Shown here one piece after another: positions 1 through 10,360 of a stretch of 64,000 bases of DNA. The DNA lies in assembly GCA_963630225.1 (NCBI GenBank), contig CAVGLS010000001.1, positions 25,287 to 89,286 on the forward strand. The letters run 5' to 3'. The position numbers and the translations under genes are program-made. The DNA is from a bacterium. Lineage in GTDB: Bacteria; Bacteroidota; Bacteroidia; Bacteroidales; UBA932. Position 1 is the stretch's first letter; each line of letters starts with the position of its first letter. The notes under the pieces are model-generated. The model worked only from the letters and a program-made list of their open reading frames with translations, had not been told where the DNA came from and searched no databases.

Positions 1-633
1 CGGCACGTCGGTCCATATCTGGAGATCGTCGGCGGCGAGGGCGGCGGCATAGAGCGCCGCGCTGTAGTCCGAGCCTCCGCGGCCCAGGGTGGTGACGCGG
101 CCCCGCTCGTCCGATGCGATGAACCCGGGAGCGACAAACACCTGCACCTCCGGAGCGGCCCCGACCGCTGCGGAAATGTCGGCGTAGCTCGCCATCGCGT
201 CCACAACCCCTCCGGCGGTCCGTATCAGGCGGCGCGAGTCCAGCCACTGCGAGGCGATGCCGTCGCAGGAGAGCTTGCGGGCTATGATGCGAGTGGAGAA
301 GAGTTCGCCGAAAGTCACGAAGTCCTCGCCCGGAGCGGACTCCAGCTCGCGGAAGAGCGAGTCAATCTCCGAGGATGCCGCTTCGCGCTCCGCTCCCGTA
401 AACAGTCTGCGCACTATCGAGAGATGCCGCTGCCGGAGAGCCTCCATAAGGGCTGTGCGCTGCTCCCCGCACGGAAGAGCGGCCATCCGGAGCAGCGCGT
501 CGGTGCAGCCGCTGACGGCCGAACACACGAGCACAACTCTGTCTCTGCAGACAGCTTCGGCGACTATGTCTATGACCGCCGAAATCCTTGTGGCGTCCGC
601 AACGGAACTGCCGCCGAACTTTAGTACCTGCAT
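1..633 (-). CDS. Aspartate kinase, N-terminal part (runs off the window edge)
   Basis: Not in the ORF track. Manual translation from the ATG at 633 gives MQVLKFGGSSVADA...TTLGRGGSDYSAA...IWTDVP, typical aspartokinase motifs. TAATG overlap with the murA stop. Cannot tell lysC from thrA because it is truncated. Confidence 0.92.
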   Translation of the reverse strand, partial: MQVLKFGGSSVADATRISAVIDIVAEAVCRDRVVLVCSAVSGCTDALLRMAALPCGEQRTALMEALRQRHLSIVRRLFTGAEREAASSEIDSLFRELESAPGEDFVTFGELFSTRIIARKLSCDGIASQWLDSRRLIRTAGGVVDAMASYADISAAVGAAPEVQVFVAPGFIASDERGRVTTLGRGGSDYSAALYAAALAADDLQIWTDVP

Positions 634-1943
634 TACCGCCTCCTCTCTATCTTGGCACCGAGCGCGTTGAGACGGGTGTCGATGTCCTCGTAGCCCCGGT
701 CGATCTGCTCGATGTTGTCTATCTCTGAAGTGCCGCCGGCGGACATCGCCGCAAGCAGCATCGCGATGCCGGCCCTGATGTCCGGCGAAGTCATACGGCC
801 CGCCTTGAGGCGCAGCTTGTGGTCGTGGCCGATGACGACGGCCCTGTGAGGGTCGCAGAGGATGATCTGCGCACCCATATCGATGAGCTTGTCCACAAAG
901 AAGAGCCTGCTCTCAAACATCTTCTGGTGTATCAGCACGCTGCCTTTGCACTGCGTGGCCACGACGAGCATCACGCTGAGCAGGTCCGGGGTCAGTCCGG
1001 GCCACGGAGCATCGGCGACGGTCATAATGGAACCGTCGATAAACGACTCTATCTCATAGCTTTCCTGCGCAGGGACATAGATGTCGTCCCCCTTCTGCTC
1101 CAGCTTCACTCCGAGTCGGCGGAAGCACTCCGGGATGAGACCGAGATTGCCCCAGGAGACATTGCTGATGGTGAGTTCGCTCTGCGTGATGGCCGCCATC
1201 CCGACGAAGGAGCCGACCTCGATCATGTCGGGGAGGATGCGGTGTGCTGTCCCGCCGAGCGCCTCCACCCCGGTGATGGTCAGCAGATTGGAGCCTATCC
1301 CCTCGATCTTCGCGCCCATCCTCACGAGCATCTTGCAGAGCTGCTGGACATAAGGTTCGCAGGCCGCGTTGTAGATGGTCGTGACTCCGGAGGCAAGGGT
1401 CGCCGCCATCACGATGTTGGCCGTACCGGTCACTGAAGCCTCGTCGAGCAGCATATAGCAGCCCCGCATCTCCTTGCCGGAGGAGAGAGAGTAGGCGTGC
1501 CGGTCAGTGTCGTAGGCGCACTTGGCCCCGAGTTTCATAAAGCCGTCGATGTGGGTGTCGACCCTGCGGCGGCCTATCTTGTCTCCGCCCGGCTTCGGGA
1601 AGTATGCCTGCCCGAAACGGGTGAGAAGCGGCCCGACCACCATCACCGAGCCCCGGAGCTGCGCACAGCGGCGCACGAAATCGGAGCTGCGGATGTAGAA
1701 CTCGTTGATGCGGGCGGCGCAGAAGCGGTATTCCCCTTTGGCGAGCCTCTCCACGCCGACCCCCATGCTCTCCAGCAGGGAGATGAGATTCCCCACGTCG
1801 AGTATCTCCGGGACATTGGATATCGTGACCGGCTCGGCGGTGAGCAGCACGGCGCTGATGACCTCCAGAGCTTCGTTCTTCGCGCCCTGTGGCTCTATGC
1901 TGCCGCTCAAGCGGTGGCCGCCTTCGATGACAAATGAACTCAT
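633..1943 (-). CDS. murA: UDP-N-acetylglucosamine 1-carboxyvinyltransferase
   Basis: GAKNEAL, PGGDKIGRR (Asp in place of the fosfomycin-target Cys), ASVTGTAN, IDRGYE motifs. Confidence 0.97.
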   Translation of the reverse strand: MSSFVIEGGHRLSGSIEPQGAKNEALEVISAVLLTAEPVTISNVPEILDVGNLISLLESMGVGVERLAKGEYRFCAARINEFYIRSSDFVRRCAQLRGSVMVVGPLLTRFGQAYFPKPGGDKIGRRRVDTHIDGFMKLGAKCAYDTDRHAYSLSSGKEMRGCYMLLDEASVTGTANIVMAATLASGVTTIYNAACEPYVQQLCKMLVRMGAKIEGIGSNLLTITGVEALGGTAHRILPDMIEVGSFVGMAAITQSELTISNVSWGNLGLIPECFRRLGVKLEQKGDDIYVPAQESYEIESFIDGSIMTVADAPWPGLTPDLLSVMLVVATQCKGSVLIHQKMFESRLFFVDKLIDMGAQIILCDPHRAVVIGHDHKLRLKAGRMTSPDIRAGIAMLLAAMSAGGTSEIDNIEQIDRGYEDIDTRLNALGAKIERRR

Positions 1944-2943
1944 ATATGCTCCACTTCAGGATGGAGTTCGATGCCGAAACGCTCCCTGACTCCATCGATT
2001 ATTCTTCTCTCGAGCGCAAGAATATCCTCCGGAGAGGCTTCTCCGCTGCGGTTGACTATCACCAGCGGCTGCTTCTCATAGACTGCGGCCCCGCCCTGCT
2101 CCGCGCCATTGAGTCCGCAGCTGTCTATCAGCCACGCCGCCGGTATCTTCACGCTCCCGTCGGGCAGATCATAGTGAGGGGCGCTGCCGTCCGGGGAGAT
2201 GCGCCCGAACTCCTCCGCGCTGACCACCGGGTTCTTGAAGAAGCTTCCGGCGCTGCCCATCTCCCCGGGGTCGGGGAGTTTCGCCCTGCGTATGCGGATC
2301 ACCGCCTCACGCACCTCCTGCGGAGTCTGCGGCTCGCGGCCCTCCAGCGCCTCGGCTATCCCCTTGTATTCGAGACGCGGGCGGCGACGGCGGCTGAGAC
2401 GGAAAAGCACGCTCGTGACGATGTAGCGGCCCCTGTTCTCCGGCTCCTTGAACATCGAGCTGCGGTAGCCGTAGCGGCAGTCGGAGACGGTGAACTTGAC
2501 CCTCTTGCGCTCCTTGAGGTCGAAGCACACGACCCCTGAGATGATATCCTTGACCTCGACCCCGTAGGCCCCTATGTTCTGCACGGCGGCGGCCCCGACT
2601 TCGCCCGGGATGAGGGAGAGATTCTCCGCGCCCCAGAGCCCGTGGCGGCAGGCCTCGGAGACGAAAGAGTCGAAATCGACCCCCGCCCCCACTATCACCG
2701 GCACATCGTCCAGCCCCATATCCATATACTTGACGTACTCGATGTTGGAGTGCAGCACGGTCCCAGGGAAGTCTTTGGTAAAGAGGAGGTTGCTCCCTTC
2801 GCCTATGTGCAGGAGCGGCTTCGGGAGACGGTCGAAGTCGAGCCCCTCCAGCTCCTGTACGCTCTCATACTCCACGAAACACTCGCACTTCACCCTCATC
2901 CTGAAAGTGTTCTGCGAGCCGAGGTCGTATTTGAGCCGGATTC

Positions 2944-2947
<4 letters not shown>
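1940..2947 (-). CDS. murB: UDP-N-acetylmuramate dehydrogenase
   Basis: [39 protein letters not shown] motifs. Confidence 0.97.
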
Positions 2948-4713
<1,766 letters not shown>

Positions 4714-4743
4714 ATCGAGTGTTTGTAGTATATTCCAAAGAAA

Positions 4744-4771
4744 CAAAGATAAGAATTATTCCGTATCTTTG
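4744..4771. promoter_or_regulatory. Back-to-back Bacteroidetes -7 promoter elements for aspS (minus) and queD (plus)
   Basis: TATCTTTG on minus at 4744-4751 and on plus at 4764-4771, both matching TAnnTTTG. Confidence 0.75.
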
Positions 4772-4781
4772 AACCTTGGCT

Positions 4782-5150
4782 ATGTATTACGTTTCAAAGA
4801 CATTCGAGATCGCCGCGAGCCACCGCCTGGAGCTCGGCTACCCGAGCAAGTGCTCGCGGCTGCACGGTCACAACTACCTGATCGAGGTCTGCTGCAAGTC
4901 GGAGACCCTCGACAGCAACGGGATGGTGGTGGATTTCAGGCTCATCAAGGAGAGAGTGTGCGACGCGCTGGACCACCGCGACCTCAACGAGGTGCTGCCC
5001 TGCAACCCGACCTCCGAAAACCTCGCCCGCTGGATATGCGGACAGATCCCGAACTGCTACCGGGTGAGCGTGCAGGAGACCTCCGGCAACAGGGCGGTCT
5101 ATACCACGGAAGAGAAAGGATCAGACTGCCCGGAAAACCCTGATATTTAA
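4782..5150 (+). CDS. queD: 6-carboxytetrahydropterin synthase (PTPS-I type)
   Basis: ASHRL, CSRLHGHNY (CxxxHGH), GMVVDF, LDHRDLN, NPTSENLA, VQET. Confidence 0.88.
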   Translation: MYYVSKTFEIAASHRLELGYPSKCSRLHGHNYLIEVCCKSETLDSNGMVVDFRLIKERVCDALDHRDLNEVLPCNPTSENLARWICGQIPNCYRVSVQETSGNRAVYTTEEKGSDCPENPDI

Positions 5151-5168
5151 TCATAAACACAGCTTCTG

Positions 5169-5519
5169 ATGTACCGGGTGAAGAAAACCCTTGAACTCTC
5201 CGCGAGCCACCGTCTGTATTTCTCCGGACCCGGGGTCTGGGAGCCGCTGCACGGACACAACTGGAAGGTCACCGTCTGGTGCGAGAGCGAGACGCTGGAC
5301 GCAGACGGGATGGTGGTGGATTTTCTGGAAATAGAGCGTCTGCTTCGCGACGCGCTGGACCACCGCGACCTCAACGAGGTGCTGCCCTGCAACCCATCCA
5401 CGGAAAACCTCGCCCGCTGGATCGGCGGGCAGATCCCCCGTTGCGTACGGGTGGACGTGATCGAGTGCGAAGGCAGCGAGGCGAGCTGGTTCGCGAGCGG
5501 AGCATCACCCGAAGTGTAG
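5169..5519 (+). CDS. 6-pyruvoyltetrahydropterin synthase family paralogue with PTPS-III (ExxHGH) signature
   Basis: ASHRL, WEPLHGHNW (no catalytic Cys, Glu present), GMVVDF, LDHRDLN, NPSTENLA. Confidence 0.8.
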   Translation: MYRVKKTLELSASHRLYFSGPGVWEPLHGHNWKVTVWCESETLDADGMVVDFLEIERLLRDALDHRDLNEVLPCNPSTENLARWIGGQIPRCVRVDVIECEGSEASWFASGASPEV

Positions 5520-5541
5520 GGCGGTGCGGCGGCACATAAAC

Positions 5542-6336
5542 TTACAGCTTGTAGTAGCTTGAGAGGATCTTTGCGAAGAGACTCGGGGGGAGCAGTTTCT
5601 TGAGGGTCACGGAGAGACGCTGCTCCAGGGTGGAGATGACGTAGTTGTAGCGCGGGTTCTTCTTGAGCACAATCTTGGAGACCTTGGCGGCGAGCACCTC
5701 AGGCTTGAGGCCCGTGGTCTCGTCTTTCTCTATGCTCGCAAGCGACTCTGCATAAGACTTATAGACCTTATATACCTCCGGGTCGGAGACGCTCTTGCGC
5801 ATAGCGGTGAACCCTGTCGAGAAGTCGCCCGGCTCAATCACCACGACCTTGATGCCGAAGGCTCCCGTCTCCAGCCGCAGAGCCTCGCAGTAGCCCTCGA
5901 TGGCGAACTTAGAGGCGGAATAGAGCCCCTGGAACGGCAGTCCCATAAGGCCTCCTATGGAGCTGATGCAGATGATCTTGCCTCCGCCCTGAGTACGCAT
6001 CACCGGAAGCACGAAGTGCAGGAAGCGGACCATACCCATCCAGTTGACATCCATCTGCTTGCGGGCGTCTTCGAGCGAGCAGAACTCCAGCGGGCCGCCT
6101 ATGCCCATCCCGGCGTTGTTGATGAATACGTCTATGCGTCCTTCGGAGTCCGTGACCTGCTTCACCGCGGCTTCCACCTGCTTGTCGTCACCGGCATCCG
6201 CCTTGATATAGGTCACCCCGGGGATCCGCTCTATGTCGCGGCGGTGCGTGCCGTATACCTTATGTCCGTCGGCGTTGAGACGCTCGGCCATCGCCTTGCC
6301 GAATCCGGAACTGATGCCTGTGATGAGTATGACCAT
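5542..6336 (-). CDS. Classical short-chain dehydrogenase/reductase, candidate 3-ketodihydrosphingosine reductase
   Basis: TGISSGFG, NNAG, YSASK. Starts 9 bp after the spt stop. The family is secure; the substrate is inferred from context. Confidence 0.85.
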   Translation of the reverse strand: MVILITGISSGFGKAMAERLNADGHKVYGTHRRDIERIPGVTYIKADAGDDKQVEAAVKQVTDSEGRIDVFINNAGMGIGGPLEFCSLEDARKQMDVNWMGMVRFLHFVLPVMRTQGGGKIICISSIGGLMGLPFQGLYSASKFAIEGYCEALRLETGAFGIKVVVIEPGDFSTGFTAMRKSVSDPEVYKVYKSYAESLASIEKDETTGLKPEVLAAKVSKIVLKKNPRYNYVISTLEQRLSVTLKKLLPPSLFAKILSSYYKL

Positions 6337-6345
6337 AGGACTCCT

Positions 6346-7539
6346 TTATGCTATGACTCCCGTCTGCTTGAATATCTTGGTAAGTTTCTCGACCGCCTCG
6401 TCGACCTGGGCGATGGAGTGGGTCGCCATCAGCGCGAAGCGGATGAGCACGTCCTTCTCCGGCACCGCAGGAGCGATTACCGGGGTGATGAACACTCCCT
6501 CGTCGTAGGCAAGGCGCACGATGGTCATCGCCTTGATGGTGTCGCGCACGAAGAGCGGGATGATCGGGGACTGGGTGTGCCCGATATCGAAACCATTGTC
6601 CTTGAATGCGTTATGGGCGTGCCTCGTGACATCCCAGAGGTGTTCGCGGCGCTCCGGCTCGTTGATCATTATGTCGAGCGCAGCGGAGGCGGCTGCAACC
6701 GCCGCAGGAGTCATCGAGGCGCTGAATATGAGCGAGCGGGAGTTGTGCTTGAGGTAGTTGAGCACCTCCTTGTCGCCGGCGATGAACCCGCCCAGCGAGC
6801 CGAAGCTCTTGGAGAACGTGCCCATAATGAGGTCGGTGTCGGCGGTGAGGCCGAAGTGGCTGGCAGTGCCGGAGCCGTTCTCGCCGAACACTCCGAGCGA
6901 GTGGGCGTCGTCCACCATCACGGAGGCGTTGTATTTCTTGCAGAGTCTGACAATATCGGGCAGCGGGGCGATGTCTCCCTCCATCGAATAGACGCCGTCC
7001 ACCACTATCAGCTTCGGAGCGTTGCGCGGAGTGAGGAAGAGCTTCTTCTCAAGAACCCCCATATCGTTGTGAGGGAACTTGCGCACCTCGGCGAATCCGA
7101 GGCGGCTGCCGTCGATGATGCAGGCGTGGTCAAGGGCGTCGAGGAAGATGTATCCGCCCCTCATTCCAAGACAGCTGACAACTCCGAGGTTGACCTGGAA
7201 ACCGGTGCTGTAGGTCACGGCTTCTTCCTTGCCTACGAACTTTGCGAGCTTCGCTTCGAGCTCTTCGTGGATGTCGAGGGTGCCGTTGAGGAATCGGCTG
7301 CCGGAGCAGCTCGTGCCATATTTGCGGATAGCCTCTATCGCCGCCTCTTTCAGGCGCGGGTCGTCCGAGAGACCAAGATAAGAATTGGACCCGAACATAA
7401 GCACTTTGGTGCCGTCCGCCATCGAGACGACCGGGTCTTGACCGGAGGATATGGGCCGGTAGTAAGGATAGATTCCTTTAGCCTTAACCTCTTGAGGGAC
7501 TGTGTATTTCGCACAAATCTCATTCAGGATTTTCTTCAT
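6346..7539 (-). CDS. spt: Serine palmitoyltransferase (PLP-dependent alpha-oxoamine synthase family)
   Basis: KAKGIYPYYR, LMFGSNSYLGL, GSRFLNGTLDIH, STGFQVNLG, GTFSKS, IFSAS, MATHS closely follow Bacteroides SPT as I recall it. Start moved to the ATG at 7539. Confidence 0.85.
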   Translation of the reverse strand: MKKILNEICAKYTVPQEVKAKGIYPYYRPISSGQDPVVSMADGTKVLMFGSNSYLGLSDDPRLKEAAIEAIRKYGTSCSGSRFLNGTLDIHEELEAKLAKFVGKEEAVTYSTGFQVNLGVVSCLGMRGGYIFLDALDHACIIDGSRLGFAEVRKFPHNDMGVLEKKLFLTPRNAPKLIVVDGVYSMEGDIAPLPDIVRLCKKYNASVMVDDAHSLGVFGENGSGTASHFGLTADTDLIMGTFSKSFGSLGGFIAGDKEVLNYLKHNSRSLIFSASMTPAAVAAASAALDIMINEPERREHLWDVTRHAHNAFKDNGFDIGHTQSPIIPLFVRDTIKAMTIVRLAYDEGVFITPVIAPAVPEKDVLIRFALMATHSIAQVDEAVEKLTKIFKQTGVIA

Positions 7540-7572
7540 CAGGAATAGATTATTTAATACAGTACAACGCCG

Positions 7573-7580
7573 CAAATATA
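7573..7580 (-). promoter_or_regulatory. -7 promoter element for spt-SDR
   Basis: TATATTTG on the minus strand about 35 bp upstream of the spt start. Confidence 0.65.
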
Positions 7581-7584
7581 CGAA

Positions 7585-8820
7585 TTATATTTTATTTGCC
7601 ACTCTCCAGCCGGTGGACCAGGCGGCCTGGAGATTGTATCCGCCGGTGACGGCATCCACATCGAGAACCTCTCCTGCGAAGTACAGGCCGGGGTGGAGGC
7701 GGCTCTGCTGGGTGGCGAGATCGATGCCTCCGAGAGCGACGCCCCCGCAGGTCACGAACTCCTCCTTGAACCTGGCCCGTCCGAGGATTTCGTATCCGTC
7801 GGCGAGCAGCCTCCCTACGAGGCGGTTGAGCCCCCGCGAACCGAGTTCCGCCCAGCGCAGGTCTTCACGGAAGCCGCAGCGCCCCAGCAGAAAGCGCCAG
7901 AGTCGCTCGGAGAGCTCGGCGGGTCGGGCGGAGGCGAGCAGCTTCTTCGGCGATGCGGCGGCGATGCCCTCCAGTCTTTGGCGAATCTCGGACTCGGACC
8001 CGCCGAGCCAGTTGACAAGCAGGGAGGCGCGGCAGTCCCGCTCTGCAAGGTATCGCGCGGCGTAGGAGGACAGGCGGAGAGTGGCCGGGCCGCTAAAGCC
8101 CCAATCGGTGATCAGCAGCGGCCCCTCGGAGCGGAACGAGGTCCCCGCAAGCGAGAGCGCAACACTGGAGACTACGGCGCCCGTCAGGGAGCGCAGTCCG
8201 GAGTCGTCTATCTTGAAAGTATAGAGTGACGGGGCGGTCTTCGCAAGTTCTGTCCCTTCGGGGAGAATCCTGCCCAGAACGGCCTCAGAGCAGCCTCCGA
8301 TAGCGAAAACAACTTTGTTTGCGAGCATCTCGCCGCCGTCAGCGAAACTGAGCCTGAAGCCCCCTCCGGGCCGGATTTCGGAGTCTGCCGGACGGATAGC
8401 GGAAACTCTTTTATTATACTCGATAATCACTCCCTCCTCACGCATCGCACGCTCAAGCGTACGGACTATCTGCATCGCATCCTGGCTCGCCGGGAAGACG
8501 CAGCCGTCCTTCTGCACCACCAGTCTGACCCCCTCTCTCTCAAACCATTTAACAGTGTCGTTCTGGCTGAATTCCTTGAGGGCCCGCTTCATCAGCCGCT
8601 CTCCTCGCGGATAGACCTCGGAGAGTCCCCCCACCGACTCGAACGAGTTGGTGAGGTTGCAGCGCCCGCCGCCGGTGCGCGCCAGCTTGACCATCGGTCT
8701 GCTCCCGGCCTCCAGCACGCGCACCTCCAGCTCCGGATGCCGCCTGCGAAGCTCTATGGAGCAGAAGCAGCCTGCCGCTCCCGCCCCGATGATCGCAACA
8801 TCCGTGGTCCTCTGAAACAT
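7585..8820 (-). CDS. HI0933/BaiN-family FAD/NAD(P)-dependent oxidoreductase
   Basis: IIGAGAAG, TGGGRCNLTN, FSGPA, VTCGGV, GEVLDVDAVTGGYNLQAAWSTG. Confidence 0.92.
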   Translation of the reverse strand: MFQRTTDVAIIGAGAAGCFCSIELRRRHPELEVRVLEAGSRPMVKLARTGGGRCNLTNSFESVGGLSEVYPRGERLMKRALKEFSQNDTVKWFEREGVRLVVQKDGCVFPASQDAMQIVRTLERAMREEGVIIEYNKRVSAIRPADSEIRPGGGFRLSFADGGEMLANKVVFAIGGCSEAVLGRILPEGTELAKTAPSLYTFKIDDSGLRSLTGAVVSSVALSLAGTSFRSEGPLLITDWGFSGPATLRLSSYAARYLAERDCRASLLVNWLGGSESEIRQRLEGIAAASPKKLLASARPAELSERLWRFLLGRCGFREDLRWAELGSRGLNRLVGRLLADGYEILGRARFKEEFVTCGGVALGGIDLATQQSRLHPGLYFAGEVLDVDAVTGGYNLQAAWSTGWRVANKI

Positions 8821-8847
8821 AGGGAAATACAGAACCGCCTCCCCGCG

Positions 8848-9426
8848 CTATTTGACATAGGTCAGGAACTCGCCGCGGACGCGGGAGCTGGTGCGGAAAG
8901 CGCCGGTGAGGCAGGTGGTGGTCATCTCGCCGGACTTGCGCGAGCCCCGTCCCTCCTTGCAGAGATGCCGCCCGCGCATCATCAGAGCCATCCCGCGGGG
9001 CGGATTGTCGGGACCGAGGGCCTCGGTGAGCATATCCACGACATCGTGCACCAGCCGCTCCTGCACCTGGAGGCGCGCAGCACAGTAGTCCACCACGCGG
9101 CCTATCTTGGACAGGCCGAGGATGCGCCCCTTGGGGTTGGGGAGATATGCAAACCAGTATTCGCCGAAAAAGCTGCGGCAGTGGTGCTCGCAGACGGAGT
9201 AGAAAGTGCCGTGGTCCACGACCATATCGTCGTAGATGATGCCGTCCTGCCCGTTGGGGAAGGTGGTGATAAGGGGAGCGCGGTCCGGGTCGTAGCCCCG
9301 GAATATTTCCGTAAACATCCGGAGCATCCTGTCCGGAGTGCCCTGCAGGCCTACACGGTCCGGGTCCTCGCCTATATATTCGAGCAGTTCGCGAATGTCC
9401 TGCCTTGCCTGTGAGTCTGTAATCAT
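8848..9426 (-). CDS. folE: GTP cyclohydrolase I
   Basis: GLQGTPDR, CEHH, GLSK, RLQVQERL, HLC..RG. ATG at 9426 lies downstream of TATTTTTG (9447-9454, minus). Confidence 0.93.
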   Translation of the reverse strand: MITDSQARQDIRELLEYIGEDPDRVGLQGTPDRMLRMFTEIFRGYDPDRAPLITTFPNGQDGIIYDDMVVDHGTFYSVCEHHCRSFFGEYWFAYLPNPKGRILGLSKIGRVVDYCAARLQVQERLVHDVVDMLTEALGPDNPPRGMALMMRGRHLCKEGRGSRKSGEMTTTCLTGAFRTSSRVRGEFLTYVK

Positions 9427-9511
9427 CGTCGTATTAAACCAGCCCGCAAAAATACTCAAAATAACGACACGCCGCCAGAGAGGGGACGCGCAAACGCAAA
9501 AGACGGTAAGA

Positions 9512-10360
9512 CTATTCCAGCCAGGCGAGGAAATCGTCCACCCGCGCCCGGGAGACCGTCATCTCCACCGGCGGGGAGGGCTCCAGCGAGAGCCGCAGAC
9601 GCGAGCCCAGATGCCGCGTCACGCTCCTCACCGCCTTGCGGGCGACTATGCAGCCTCTCGACACCCTGAAGAAGCGGGACGGGTCAAGCTCCCCGTCGAG
9701 AGAGTCCATCGTGGAGTCAATCACATATTTCTGCCCGCCGAAAGTCATAATGTAGTTGGACTTGCCCTCCGAGTAGAAGCAGGCCGCGTCAGAGAGCTCC
9801 AACGGGATGATCTGCTCCCCGATCCGGACCACCATCCGCTCCCTGTAAGCTCTCCTGCCCGCAGGCCCGGGAGAACCGCCCTCCCCGGACGGGCCCGACT
9901 GCCCGGCAAGAGTCCCGGAAGCACCGGGCGAAGCGAGCGCGCCCGACGAGACCGCCGAGCCCAAGGCCGCGAGCAGCTTCTGCACATCCGTCCCCTGCTT
10001 GAGGCTGAGCCGCTCGCGACAGCGGCCCACGGCCCTCCGGAGGGAGGACATATCGTAGGGCTTGAGCAGATAGTCGATGCTCCCCGTCTCGAAGGCCTTG
10101 ATGGCGTAGGAGTCGTAGGCGGTGGTCATTATGACTTGAGAGGAGACCTCGGCGAGGCGGAAGATCTCGAAGCACTCGCCGTCGGCGAGCTCCACATCCA
10201 TAAAGATGACATCCGGCGCGGGATGACTCCCGAGCCAGTCCACCGTGGAGCGCACGGAGTCCGTCGTCCCGACCACTTCGATATAGGGGAAAGCGTCGGA
10301 AATATTGCGGGCGAGCCGCTCTCTCGCCATAGTCTCGTCTTCTACGATAAGCGCTGTCAT
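9512..10360 (-). CDS. LytTR-family response regulator with a long Gly/Ser/Pro linker
   Basis: Receiver IVEDE, FMDVEL, TTAYD, DYLLKP; LytTR FFRVSRGCIV, VSRAR. Confidence 0.93.
   Translation of the reverse strand: MTALIVEDETMARERLARNISDAFPYIEVVGTTDSVRSTVDWLGSHPAPDVIFMDVELADGECFEIFRLAEVSSQVIMTTAYDSYAIKAFETGSIDYLLKPYDMSSLRRAVGRCRERLSLKQGTDVQKLLAALGSAVSSGALASPGASGTLAGQSGPSGEGGSPGPAGRRAYRERMVVRIGEQIIPLELSDAACFYSEGKSNYIMTFGGQKYVIDSTMDSLDGELDPSRFFRVSRGCIVARKAVRSVTRHLGSRLRLSLEPSPPVEMTVSRARVDDFLAWLE

Noticed and set aside
633..1943. MurA Cys-to-Asp substitution as a novel fosfomycin resistance trait
   Set aside because: To my knowledge this is the usual state in Bacteroidetes MurA.
4782..9426. 7-deazaguanine DNA modification (dpd) island suggested by queD plus folE
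   Set aside because: No dpdA/tgt-like, queC or queE gene and no island features; neighbours are housekeeping genes.
9427..9511. Possible preQ1 or folate riboswitch upstream of folE (also looked upstream of queD)
   Set aside because: Leaders are too short after the -7 elements and lack recognisable aptamer motifs.
9860..9965. Gly/Ser/Pro-rich insert in the first LytTR regulator
   Set aside because: Sits in the receiver-to-LytTR linker, where length variation is common; no repeat or mobile signature.
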